64,000 bases of DNA, taken from positions 3,303 to 67,302 of the forward strand of contig PHAL01000006.1 in the NCBI GenBank assembly GCA_002840355.1, in the 5' to 3' direction. This DNA comes from Elusimicrobia bacterium HGW-Elusimicrobia-3. Lineage in GTDB: Bacteria; Elusimicrobiota; Elusimicrobia; Elusimicrobiales; UBA9959. Both the position numbers and the translations under genes were made by a program. Shown piece by piece: positions 52,167 through 60,354 of this stretch (position 1 is the first letter of the stretch; each line of letters starts with the position of its first letter). The notes beneath the pieces are model-generated. The model had not been told where the DNA came from, ran no database searches, and saw nothing but the letters and a program-made list of their open reading frames with translations.

Positions 52167-52568
52167 TTACTTCAGCGCTTTGAGGTAGGACTTGTAAAAA
52201 GCCTGCAGCTCGTTGTCGGGGTCCTGGAACTCCAGCACGTGCTTCTTGCAGCCGCGGCGCGAGCAGATCTGCACCTGGCCGCCGGCCTTCAGTTCGAAAG
52301 CCACCATGTGGGAACCGCAGGCGTCGCACTTGCGGGTGCTCTTCAGGTCGCCGTCGCAGTGGGGGCAGCGGAAACCGGCGACCTTGCCGGCCGGGATCGG
52401 CAGGGAGGTCTCGACGAGGTAGCTGCCGTAAAGGGAGCTCATGTAGAGCGGGGCGTGCTTGCCGGCATAGGTCAGGTTGACCTCTATCGAGGAAACCTTG
52501 TCCAGTTTCTTGGACGAATTCATCAGGGATTTGCCGCAATGCGGGCACTTTACCAGTACGCTTACCAT
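52167..52568 (-). CDS. Cys-rich zinc-ribbon protein
   Basis: CPHCG ... CPHCDG ... CDACG ... CSRRGC: paired CxxC motifs. Confidence 0.5.
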   Translation of the reverse strand: MVSVLVKCPHCGKSLMNSSKKLDKVSSIEVNLTYAGKHAPLYMSSLYGSYLVETSLPIPAGKVAGFRCPHCDGDLKSTRKCDACGSHMVAFELKAGGQVQICSRRGCKKHVLEFQDPDNELQAFYKSYLKALK

Positions 52569-52646
52569 AGGGACCTCCAGGAACCGTGTTGCTCGCCGCG
52601 GGCGGTTTCCGCCCGGGCGTCCTATAATATATCAAATTATAGCCGG

Positions 52647-54596
52647 CTATTCGTACCGCAGCGCCTCTATGGGGGACAGCAGGGAAGCCTTGCGCGCGGG
52701 CCAGAAGCCGAAAACTATGCCCACCCCGGCCGAGAAGCCGAAAGCCAGCGCCACCGAGAACGGGGAGATGTAGACGGCCCAGCCCGAGATCTTGGAGAGC
52801 AGCAGCGAGCTGCCGGCGCCTATGGCGATGCCCAGCACGCCGCCGACCACCGACACGATGACGGCCTCGATGAGGAACTGCAGCAGCACCGCGCGGCTGG
52901 TGGCGCCTATGGCCTTGCGCAGGCCTATCTCCTTGGTGCGCTCGCTCACGCTGACGAGCATGATGTTCATGATGCCGATGCCGCCGACGATCAGCGAGAT
53001 GCCCGCTATCATGCCCAGCAGCGTGCTGAAGGTCTTGATCGTGCCGGTCAGCATGGTCTGCAGCTCGGCCATGTTCATCAGCATCACGCTGTCGTCCTTG
53101 TGGGCCGGCACGTTGTGGCGCTTGCGCATCAGCCGCTTCACTTCGCCCTGCACCTGGTCCATCTTGGTGTAGTCGGAGACTTCCAGCCAGACCGAATCCA
53201 CGTAGTTCTTGCCCAGCACGATCTTCATCGCGGTCTGCAGCGGCACCACCACCACGTCGTCCTGGTCGCGCGGCCCCTGCGCGCCCTTGAGCGGCAGCAC
53301 GCCGATCACGGTGAAGTTCTTGCGGTTGATCTTTATGGTCTTGCCCACCGGGTTCTCGGTCCCGAACAGCTCCTTGACCACGGTATTGCCGAGCAGGGCC
53401 ACCTTGGCCAGGCGAGACCCCTCGGCGTCGGAGAAGAAGCGGCCGTAGTAGGGCTTGGCGTTGCGCATGGTGGCGTAGACCGCGCCGGCGCCCAGCACCG
53501 AGGTGCGCGTGTTCTTGGCGCCGTAGACCGCCTGCGCGCTGCCGCTCACGTTGGAGTCGGTGCGGGTGACATACTCCAGCCCGGCGATGGCCTTGGCGTC
53601 CTCGGTGGTGAGGCGGGTCACCGCGCCGGCGCCCATGCTGGCGCCGCCGGGGCCCCTGAACATGCCGGGCATGACGGCCAGCAGATTGGTGCCCAGCGAG
53701 GACATCTGCTTCTGTATGGCCTTCTGCGCGCCCGTGCCTACGGCCAGCATGGCGATCAGCGCGCCCACGCCGATGATGATGCCGAGCATGGTCAGCAGGG
53801 AGCGGGTCTTATTGCTGACTATGGAGGTGACGGAGGAGGCCAGGTTCTCGGCCACCTCGCGCCAGCTCAGGAAAAAGGTCTTGGGAATGTGCAGCCGCTT
53901 GGGCTCCCTGACCTCGCGCGGGGCCTTGCGCGCCGTGTCCTCGATGATCAGGCCGTCCTTGAGCCGGATGACCCGGTCCGCCCAGGCGGCGATGTCGGGC
54001 TCGTGGGTGACCATGACGATGGTGATGCCCTGCTCGTCGTTGAGGCGGCGGAAGATGCCCATGATCTCCTTGGACTGGTCGCTCGCCAGGTTGCCGGTGG
54101 GCTCGTCGGCGAAGATGATCTTGGGGTCGTTGACCAGCGAGCGGGCTATCGCCACGCGCTGCTGCTGGCCGCCGGAGAGCTGGTTGGGGCGGTGGCCGGC
54201 GCGGTCGCCGAGGCCCACCTGCTCCAGGTACTTGATGGCCTCGTGCGGGCGGCTCTTCTCGCCCAGGTAGATCTGCGGCAGCGCCACGTTGGCGGCCGCC
54301 GTCATGCGGGGCAGCAGATTGAACTGCTGGAACACGAAACCCAGGATGCGGGCCCGCAGGTAGGAGAGTTCCACGTCGTCGAGGTCCGCCACCTCGCGGC
54401 CGAACAGCCGGAAGGAGCCGGCGCTGGGCCGGTCGAGCAGGCCGAGGATATGCATCAGCGTGGACTTGCCGGAGCCGGACGGGCCCATGATGGCGACGAA
54501 TTCGCCCTCCTTCACGCTCAGGTCCACGCCCTTGAGAACCTCGAGGGGCTCGCCGCCCATCTGGTACACTTTTTTTACGCCTTTAAGTTCGATCAT
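52647..54596 (-). CDS. macB: MacB-type ABC transporter (fused ATPase + FtsX-like permease)
   Basis: Walker A GPSGSGKST, LSGGQQQRVAIARSL, then four TM helices with a large periplasmic domain. Confidence 0.9.
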   Translation of the reverse strand: MIELKGVKKVYQMGGEPLEVLKGVDLSVKEGEFVAIMGPSGSGKSTLMHILGLLDRPSAGSFRLFGREVADLDDVELSYLRARILGFVFQQFNLLPRMTAAANVALPQIYLGEKSRPHEAIKYLEQVGLGDRAGHRPNQLSGGQQQRVAIARSLVNDPKIIFADEPTGNLASDQSKEIMGIFRRLNDEQGITIVMVTHEPDIAAWADRVIRLKDGLIIEDTARKAPREVREPKRLHIPKTFFLSWREVAENLASSVTSIVSNKTRSLLTMLGIIIGVGALIAMLAVGTGAQKAIQKQMSSLGTNLLAVMPGMFRGPGGASMGAGAVTRLTTEDAKAIAGLEYVTRTDSNVSGSAQAVYGAKNTRTSVLGAGAVYATMRNAKPYYGRFFSDAEGSRLAKVALLGNTVVKELFGTENPVGKTIKINRKNFTVIGVLPLKGAQGPRDQDDVVVVPLQTAMKIVLGKNYVDSVWLEVSDYTKMDQVQGEVKRLMRKRHNVPAHKDDSVMLMNMAELQTMLTGTIKTFSTLLGMIAGISLIVGGIGIMNIMLVSVSERTKEIGLRKAIGATSRAVLLQFLIEAVIVSVVGGVLGIAIGAGSSLLLSKISGWAVYISPFSVALAFGFSAGVGIVFGFWPARKASLLSPIEALRYE

Positions 54597-54623
54597 AGGT
54601 TTTCCGGCCGCCGGGCCGCCGCC

Positions 54624-55604
54624 CTAACGGCCGCGCACCGCGCGCTGCTGCTGCCTGTTCATCGACGGGCGCTTGGGCATCAGCGGGTTGCTGCCTCCGG
54701 ACTCCACCTGCGGGGCGTAGCCGCCGGCGCGGTAATACACCGTCTCGCCGGCGGTGAGCCCCGAAACGATCTCCACCCGGTCGCCCTCGTTCTGCCCGGT
54801 CCGCACCCGGGCGTAGACCGGCTGGCCTTTCTCGAGCCGCCTGACCACGGCCGTCTCGCCCTGCGGGTCGGTGGTGACCGCGGCGGCCGGCAGCAGCAGG
54901 ATATCCCTGCGCTCCGAGATCCTGACCTTGATATTGGCCGTCATCTGCGAGCGGAAGAACGGCGGCACGCGCGCCGGGCGTAGCTTGACGGTGTAGGTCA
55001 CCACGTTGTTCTTGGTAGTGCCCTCGTCGAGGATCTTGAAAACGGCGGCGCGCACCGGCTTGTCCGGGTAGGAGTCGAGCACGATGGTCGCCCGCTGGCC
55101 CATCTTGATCCTGCCGATGTCGGACTCGTCGAGGCTGGCCGAGACGATGAGCTTGTCGGAGATGGCGAACAGCACCGTGTTGGCGTTTACGGTCTGGCCC
55201 TGCACGACGTTGCGCAGGATCAGCGTGCCGTCTATCGGCGAGATGACCTTGATGGGCTTGTAGGTCTCCTGCCACTGCTTGTACTGCTCCTCCCCGGCCG
55301 CGCGGGCGGCGTCGAGGATGGCTACCCGGTCGGAGGAGCTCATCAGCGCCAGCACCTGGCCGGCCTTGATCTTGTCGCCTTCCTCGGCGAGGATCTCCTC
55401 TATGCGGCCGGAGGAGGAGGGCTGTATCTCCACGCGGTTCTCCGGCTCCACCACGCCGGTGGTATCCACGAGTTCGGAGAGGTCCGCCAGCTCGGCCTGC
55501 ACGGCCTGGTAGCGCGGCGCGCTATCCCCGGTCTTGCGGCCGAAGGCGTACCACCCTCCGCCGGCCAGCGCGGCCGCGACGAGGACGATGAGGATCTTTT
55601 TCAT
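54624..55604 (-). CDS. macA: periplasmic adaptor (membrane fusion protein, HlyD/MacA family) with very short alpha-hairpin
   Basis: Lipoyl half-motifs (GRIEEILAEEGDKIKAGQVLALM ... VISPIDGTLILRNVVQGQTV) are separated by only ~27 aa. Beta-barrel and MP domains follow. Confidence 0.75.
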   Translation of the reverse strand: MKKILIVLVAAALAGGGWYAFGRKTGDSAPRYQAVQAELADLSELVDTTGVVEPENRVEIQPSSSGRIEEILAEEGDKIKAGQVLALMSSSDRVAILDAARAAGEEQYKQWQETYKPIKVISPIDGTLILRNVVQGQTVNANTVLFAISDKLIVSASLDESDIGRIKMGQRATIVLDSYPDKPVRAAVFKILDEGTTKNNVVTYTVKLRPARVPPFFRSQMTANIKVRISERRDILLLPAAAVTTDPQGETAVVRRLEKGQPVYARVRTGQNEGDRVEIVSGLTAGETVYYRAGGYAPQVESGGSNPLMPKRPSMNRQQQRAVRGR

Positions 55605-55613
55605 ATGTTTCCC

Positions 55614-56876
55614 TTATTCTCCGTGTTCCATGGCGACGCCCAGCAGTTGTTCCAGCGAGTTCTTGCGGGCGTGGGCGGTGCGGGCGTAGTCCAGCTGGTT
55701 CAGGTCCGAATCCACGAAATTCTGTTCCACGTTCACGAGGTCGATGAAGCTGATCTTGCCGGCCATGTACTTGATCTGCGCTTCCTTGTATCGCTCCTCG
55801 TTGGCCGCCAGCAGGCCGACGCCCGCCCCCGCCGTCTCGGCGGCGCTGAGATAGCTGTCGTAGCCGGAACGCAGCGAGGCGGCCAGCGCTATGCGCGCGG
55901 CCTTGTAGTCCTGCTCGGCCGCCGTCAGCGCCTTCTTATAGGCGGAGAGGTTGTTGACGTAGTAAGTCGGGCCGCCTGCGAAGAGCGGCAGGCTGAGGCT
56001 CAGGCCCATGGACCAGTTCTTGTCCCGGGGGAATTCGGTGTCGCCGCTCCAGCCATAGGAGCCGCTGGCCCGCAGCGAGGGATAGGCGTAATAGCGCGCC
56101 GAGCTGACCCGCTCCCTGGCCGCTTCCAGCGTTTTTTTTGCCGCAACGATGCGGGGCGACTGCTCCAGCGCAGAGTCTACCGCGGCGCCGTCCAGCGAGA
56201 AATCCGGCACTTCTATACCGCCCTTGGCGGCCAGGGCCGGGCTGCCCTCCAGGCCTATGGCCTCGGCCAGGGCGCGCCGAGCCGAGGACAGGTCCCGCTC
56301 CGCCCGTTTCACGGCCACGGCGGCGTTGCCGGCCAGCGCCTCGGCATACAGGGCGTTGCCCTTGGATTCCATGCCGCTCTCGTACTTGAGGCGGATAAGC
56401 TTGGCGTTCTCCAGCCGGATGCCGTGGATCTTGCGCTGCACTTCGACGCGCCGCTGGGCGAACAGCAGGTCGGCGAAGGCGTTGGCCAGCGCCTGGCGGG
56501 CCGAGGCCGACGCGGCGAAGTAATCCGCTTCTGCTTTCTCCCTGGAGATGCGGGCGTTCTTCACCGTGGAGACGGTGCGCAGGTTCAGCAGCTCCTGCGA
56601 AGCCGAGACGGAGGCCGACCAGCGGTCGGAGGGGGAGGAATTATCCCCGCCGCTGCGGTTCACCGAGTGGGAGACGCTGACCTGCGGCAGGTAGGAGTTC
56701 ACGCTGGCCAGGTAGCTGTAGCCGGCCTGCTCCATGGCTGCCCGCGCCGCCTTCACCGAGGGATTGTGCTCCAGCGCCAGCCGGCGCGAGTCTTCCCAGG
56801 ACAAGTCCTGGGCGCCCAGCGGGCCGGCCGCGAGCAGCGCCGCCGCCAGGGCAAAGAATGTTTTTTTCATGGTCAT
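55614..56876 (-). CDS. TolC-family outer-membrane efflux protein
   Basis: Signal peptide and OEP repeats (SWEDSRRLALEHNPSVKAA..., LIRLKYESG..., KYMAGKISFIDLVNVEQ). Confidence 0.85.
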   Translation of the reverse strand: MTMKKTFFALAAALLAAGPLGAQDLSWEDSRRLALEHNPSVKAARAAMEQAGYSYLASVNSYLPQVSVSHSVNRSGGDNSSPSDRWSASVSASQELLNLRTVSTVKNARISREKAEADYFAASASARQALANAFADLLFAQRRVEVQRKIHGIRLENAKLIRLKYESGMESKGNALYAEALAGNAAVAVKRAERDLSSARRALAEAIGLEGSPALAAKGGIEVPDFSLDGAAVDSALEQSPRIVAAKKTLEAARERVSSARYYAYPSLRASGSYGWSGDTEFPRDKNWSMGLSLSLPLFAGGPTYYVNNLSAYKKALTAAEQDYKAARIALAASLRSGYDSYLSAAETAGAGVGLLAANEERYKEAQIKYMAGKISFIDLVNVEQNFVDSDLNQLDYARTAHARKNSLEQLLGVAMEHGE

Positions 56877-56958
56877 AGTCCCGTATAAATCGCCGTCTGC
56901 CCTATTACAACGCGGAGGGGGGCGGTTTTATTGCATTTTTTTACCGCTCGGTAGATAA

Positions 56959-56987
56959 ATTATACAGGTTGGGGCGGGCAGCGTCAA
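56959..56987 (-). promoter_or_regulatory. sigma-70-type promoter for the tolC-macA-macB operon (TTGACG-17-TATAAT)
   Basis: Minus strand reads TTGACG ctgcccgccccaacctg TATAAT, ~80 nt upstream of the TolC start. Confidence 0.5.
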
Positions 56988-57015
56988 TGAAAAGGCCCTC
57001 CCGGAGGGGAGGGCC
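56987..57015 (-). terminator. intrinsic terminator after the FAD oxidoreductase pair
   Basis: Minus strand: GGCCCTCCC-ctcc-GGGAGGGCC hairpin followed by TTTTC. Lies 22 nt after the stop at 57037. Confidence 0.55.
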
Positions 57016-57036
57016 TCTCACGCGGGGCGGCGGCCG

Positions 57037-58194
57037 CTACTTCAGCTTCTCCTGGCCGGCAAAGCTGCGTTCCAGCCGGAACCCGGCGAGTATATCCCTG
57101 TCCTCCCGGGACGGCGCGCCGGCCATGTGCGCCGCCAGGGCCGAGCCCAGGCCGGGCCCCAGCATGAAGCCCTGTCCGCACATGCCCACCGCCAGCACGT
57201 AGCCCTTCAGCGCGGCGGGGAAATCCACTACCGGGAAGCCGTCGGGGGTCATCGGGTACAGGCCGCGCCAGGTGCGGCGCACCTTGAGGGTGGCCAGGTT
57301 GGGCATCAGCGAGATCATGCGGCGCGAGACCTCCGGCAGGAACTCGGAGGTGGAGCGCCGGTCGTGGCCCCAGATGGGCGGCTGCGGCGTCAGGCAGAAT
57401 ACGATCTGCCCTTCCCAGTTCTGGTAGAAGTAATAGTTCTTGGATTTGTCGCCGGGGCGGATGTCCACCACCATCGGGTCGAAGAAGCGCGCGGCGGGCT
57501 CGGTGATGCCGGCCTCGTGGCAGTCGGGCTTCACCGGCACCGCCACGCCGGCCCGCTCCGAGACGGGGGCGGCGTCGGCGCCGGCCGCGTTGACCACCCA
57601 CCTGGCCCCGTAGCGCCCTTGCGGCGTCAGCACGCCGGTCACGGCCCCGCCGTCCTTCAAGATTTCTTTCACCGGCTCATGGAAGCGGAACTCGGCGCCC
57701 AGCTTTACCGCGCGCCGGAAGAAGGCGTTGACCGAGAGCAGCGGCGAGGCGGAACCGTCGCCGGGGGACCAGGTGCCGCCGCGCAGGTCCTTGTCGGCGA
57801 TGCCGGGCACCAGACGCTTTACCTCTTCGGCGCCGATCCAGTCTATATCGAGGCCGAGGCCCCGCTGCACCTTCAGCAGCTCACGCAGCACGCGCTCGTC
57901 GCTCTCGGTATAGACCGGGAACAGGTAACCGCCCCGGATCCAGCCGATGTCGTCGCCGTGCTTCTCCTTCCAGGTGGAGAAAACCTCCAGGCTGCGCAGG
58001 CAGGCCTTGATCTTGGAACCGTCGGAGTGCGTGGCGCGCACGCCGCCGATGGCGCATTTGTTCTGGCCCTGGCCGGGGGAAGCGTCCTTCTCCAGCACCA
58101 GCGTTTTGAGCCGGCGCTCCGCCAGCTCCATCGCCAGCGGCGTGCCCACGCTGCCCGCGCCTATGATGATGACGTCGTAATTGTTTTCAGCCAT
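57037..58194 (-). CDS. FAD-dependent oxidoreductase (sarcosine oxidase beta / HcnC / OoxB / proline dehydrogenase beta-like, DAO family)
   Basis: YDVIIIGAGSVGTPLAMELA dinucleotide fold; DAO-family length. Start chosen at MAENNYD (58194), 8 nt after the upstream stop. Confidence 0.8.
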   Translation of the reverse strand: MAENNYDVIIIGAGSVGTPLAMELAERRLKTLVLEKDASPGQGQNKCAIGGVRATHSDGSKIKACLRSLEVFSTWKEKHGDDIGWIRGGYLFPVYTESDERVLRELLKVQRGLGLDIDWIGAEEVKRLVPGIADKDLRGGTWSPGDGSASPLLSVNAFFRRAVKLGAEFRFHEPVKEILKDGGAVTGVLTPQGRYGARWVVNAAGADAAPVSERAGVAVPVKPDCHEAGITEPAARFFDPMVVDIRPGDKSKNYYFYQNWEGQIVFCLTPQPPIWGHDRRSTSEFLPEVSRRMISLMPNLATLKVRRTWRGLYPMTPDGFPVVDFPAALKGYVLAVGMCGQGFMLGPGLGSALAAHMAGAPSREDRDILAGFRLERSFAGQEKLK

Positions 58195-58202
58195 AGCTTC
58201 CT

Positions 58203-60299
58203 TTAAAATCCGCTCCAGCTGGCTTTCTCGTCGGCTTCGGTGCGGCATTTCACGCCGGAGAAGACGCCCAGAGGCGCCTCCACGAACAGCGGCCGCCGGG
58301 TGAAGGCCGTGACCGTTTTAGGATCCACGCCCTCGCTGCGGAAGATGTTCATCAGCATCGCCGAGCAGGTCTTGGAGCCGCAGGCGCCCATGCCGGCGCG
58401 CGTGACGGCCTTGAGCTGGTTGAGGTCGCGCATGCCCGAGCGGATGGCCCTGCGCACCTCGCCCAGCGAGACGCGCTCGCAGCGGCAGATAATGGTCTCA
58501 TCTTCCGCCTTGGCCAGGTCGGCGGGGGCCTTTGCGCCCGCTTCGGCCTCGAAGAGCCGCAGCGAGACGGCTTTGTCGGCCGTCTCGGGCGTGGCCTTCA
58601 CTATGACTATCATCGTATTCTCGGCCTTGAAATCCTTCACGTCCAGCACCTCGGCCTCTCCGAGGTCGGCGCCCTCCCAGCCGGTCAGGCGCACCCGGTC
58701 GCCCTTCTTCACCAGGCCGCGGCCTATCTCGAAAGGCAAGGCCACCGACGGGCTGGCGGGATCCTTGCGGTAGTCCACGATAGTAATGGCCAGGCCGGGG
58801 CAGATGACCAGGCATTTATAGCAGCCGATACAGTCCCCGGTGAACTGCGGAGTGTTCATGATGCTCTCGCCGGAAAGTTTAATGGATTTCTTGGGGCAGA
58901 CGGTAACGCAGGGGTTGCAGGGGATCTCCTGCCGGCAGTGCAGCACCGGGTAGACTTTCCGGTCGTGGTCCTTCGCGGCCGGCGCCTTGGTGATCCCGGG
59001 GCGGGACTTGAGCACATCGAGCCGGTCGAACCAGAAGCCGGGCACCGGCGCGGCCATCACGCCCAGCGACTTCAGCACCTTGTGCGCGGTGATCTTGCCG
59101 CTGAACATGGCGGCCGAGGCCTCGGCTATCTCTTCGGCGTCGCCGCAGACGAAGGCTTCCATGCCGGCCTCGCGGGCCTGCGCGTGGAACTCGTCCACGG
59201 AAGAAAGGCCCACCGCGATCAGCAGCGTGTCGGCCTCGAAAGTCCGTTCGGTGCCGGGCAGCACCTTGAACTTCTCGTCCACGGCGGCTATCGTTACCCG
59301 CTCCAGGCCGTCCCTGCCGTCGGCGCGCACTATAGTGTGGCGCGTGTACACCGGCACGCCCAGGCGCCGGATCTTGTCCTCGTGCACCTTGTAGCCGCCG
59401 CAGCGCTCCTGCGCCTCTATCAGGCCCACCACGGAGATGCCGGCCTGCAGCGCGTGGTAGGCCGCTATCAGGCCCACGTTGCCGCCGCCGACGATGAAAA
59501 GCCGTTTGGCCGGGCGCACCAGGTCGCGGTTGACCAGCGTCTGGAAGGCGCCGGCGCCGTAGACGCCGGGCAGCGTGTTGCCGGGGAAGCCCAGGGATTT
59601 CTCGCGGGCGCCGGTGGCGCTTATAATGGCCTTGGGCCGCACCAGGCAGTACTGGTCGCCGCGCAGCACCCCCGCTTTCCTGTCGGAGAACACGGCCAGG
59701 CAGGTGGCGTTGGTCCAGGCCTTTACCGACGGGTAGTCCTTCAGCTGGTCCTCCAGCTTGCCGGCTATGTCCACGCCGCGCGTGCCGGCGTAGCAGTCCT
59801 CCACCGAACCGAAGAATTTATGCGTCTGCAGCACCAGCTTGCCGCCGAAGCGGTCCTTATCGTCCACTATCAGGGTGTTCACGCCCAGCTTGCCCAGCTC
59901 GGCCGCGGCCGCCAGCCCGGACGGGCCGCCGCCTACGATCAGCGCGTCGACGTCCAGCTCCTCCACCCGCCCGAACTCCTGCACGCAGGCCACGCGGGGC
60001 AGCCGCGCCTCTCCGCGCAGCGTCTCCACGCGCAGGCCCTCGCGCACCGGCGTCACGCAGGATTTCACGGTCAGGCCGTCGGCGATGACCGAGCATTGCG
60101 CGCACTGGCCGTTGGCGCAGAAGATGCCCTGCGGGGCGCCGTCCTTGTGGTGGCGGCTGAAGATCTTGACGCCGTTGGCGAACAGCGCGCTGGAGATCAT
60201 TTCTCCTTCCAGCGCCTCGCACGGTTTCCCGTCGAAAGCGAATTTCACGGTCTTCCGTTCTTCCGGCTGAAGAACGGGGTGTTCGGTTATTCTTTCCAT
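58203..60299 (-). CDS. multidomain oxidoreductase: 2Fe-2S (SoxA/HcnA-like) + pyridine-nucleotide-disulfide oxidoreductase (HcnB/OoxA-like) + 4Fe-4S region + BFD-like [2Fe-2S] domain
   Basis: N-terminal F.GK.C.A.EGE.I..AL...G... and CANGQCAQC. LIVGGGPSGLAAA and IVGGGNVGL FAD/NAD folds. Cys clusters (CRQEIPCNPCVTVCP; CIGCYKCLVICP). CRCERVSLGEVRRAI...GACGSKTC. Confidence 0.7.
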   Translation of the reverse strand: MERITEHPVLQPEERKTVKFAFDGKPCEALEGEMISSALFANGVKIFSRHHKDGAPQGIFCANGQCAQCSVIADGLTVKSCVTPVREGLRVETLRGEARLPRVACVQEFGRVEELDVDALIVGGGPSGLAAAAELGKLGVNTLIVDDKDRFGGKLVLQTHKFFGSVEDCYAGTRGVDIAGKLEDQLKDYPSVKAWTNATCLAVFSDRKAGVLRGDQYCLVRPKAIISATGAREKSLGFPGNTLPGVYGAGAFQTLVNRDLVRPAKRLFIVGGGNVGLIAAYHALQAGISVVGLIEAQERCGGYKVHEDKIRRLGVPVYTRHTIVRADGRDGLERVTIAAVDEKFKVLPGTERTFEADTLLIAVGLSSVDEFHAQAREAGMEAFVCGDAEEIAEASAAMFSGKITAHKVLKSLGVMAAPVPGFWFDRLDVLKSRPGITKAPAAKDHDRKVYPVLHCRQEIPCNPCVTVCPKKSIKLSGESIMNTPQFTGDCIGCYKCLVICPGLAITIVDYRKDPASPSVALPFEIGRGLVKKGDRVRLTGWEGADLGEAEVLDVKDFKAENTMIVIVKATPETADKAVSLRLFEAEAGAKAPADLAKAEDETIICRCERVSLGEVRRAIRSGMRDLNQLKAVTRAGMGACGSKTCSAMLMNIFRSEGVDPKTVTAFTRRPLFVEAPLGVFSGVKCRTEADEKASWSGF

Positions 60300-60354
60300 C
60301 AGAGGCCTCTCTACCGCGGCGTATAACTTCTATATACTATAATAAAAGTGCCTT

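Noticed and set aside
51324-54983. 1219-aa ORF on the + strand, the longest in the track
   Set aside because: It is antisense to dus, two hypothetical genes, macB and macA, all of which have clear motifs. Its translation is Gly/Arg/Ala/His/Leu-rich low-information sequence, typical of stop-codon-poor shadow frames in GC-rich DNA.
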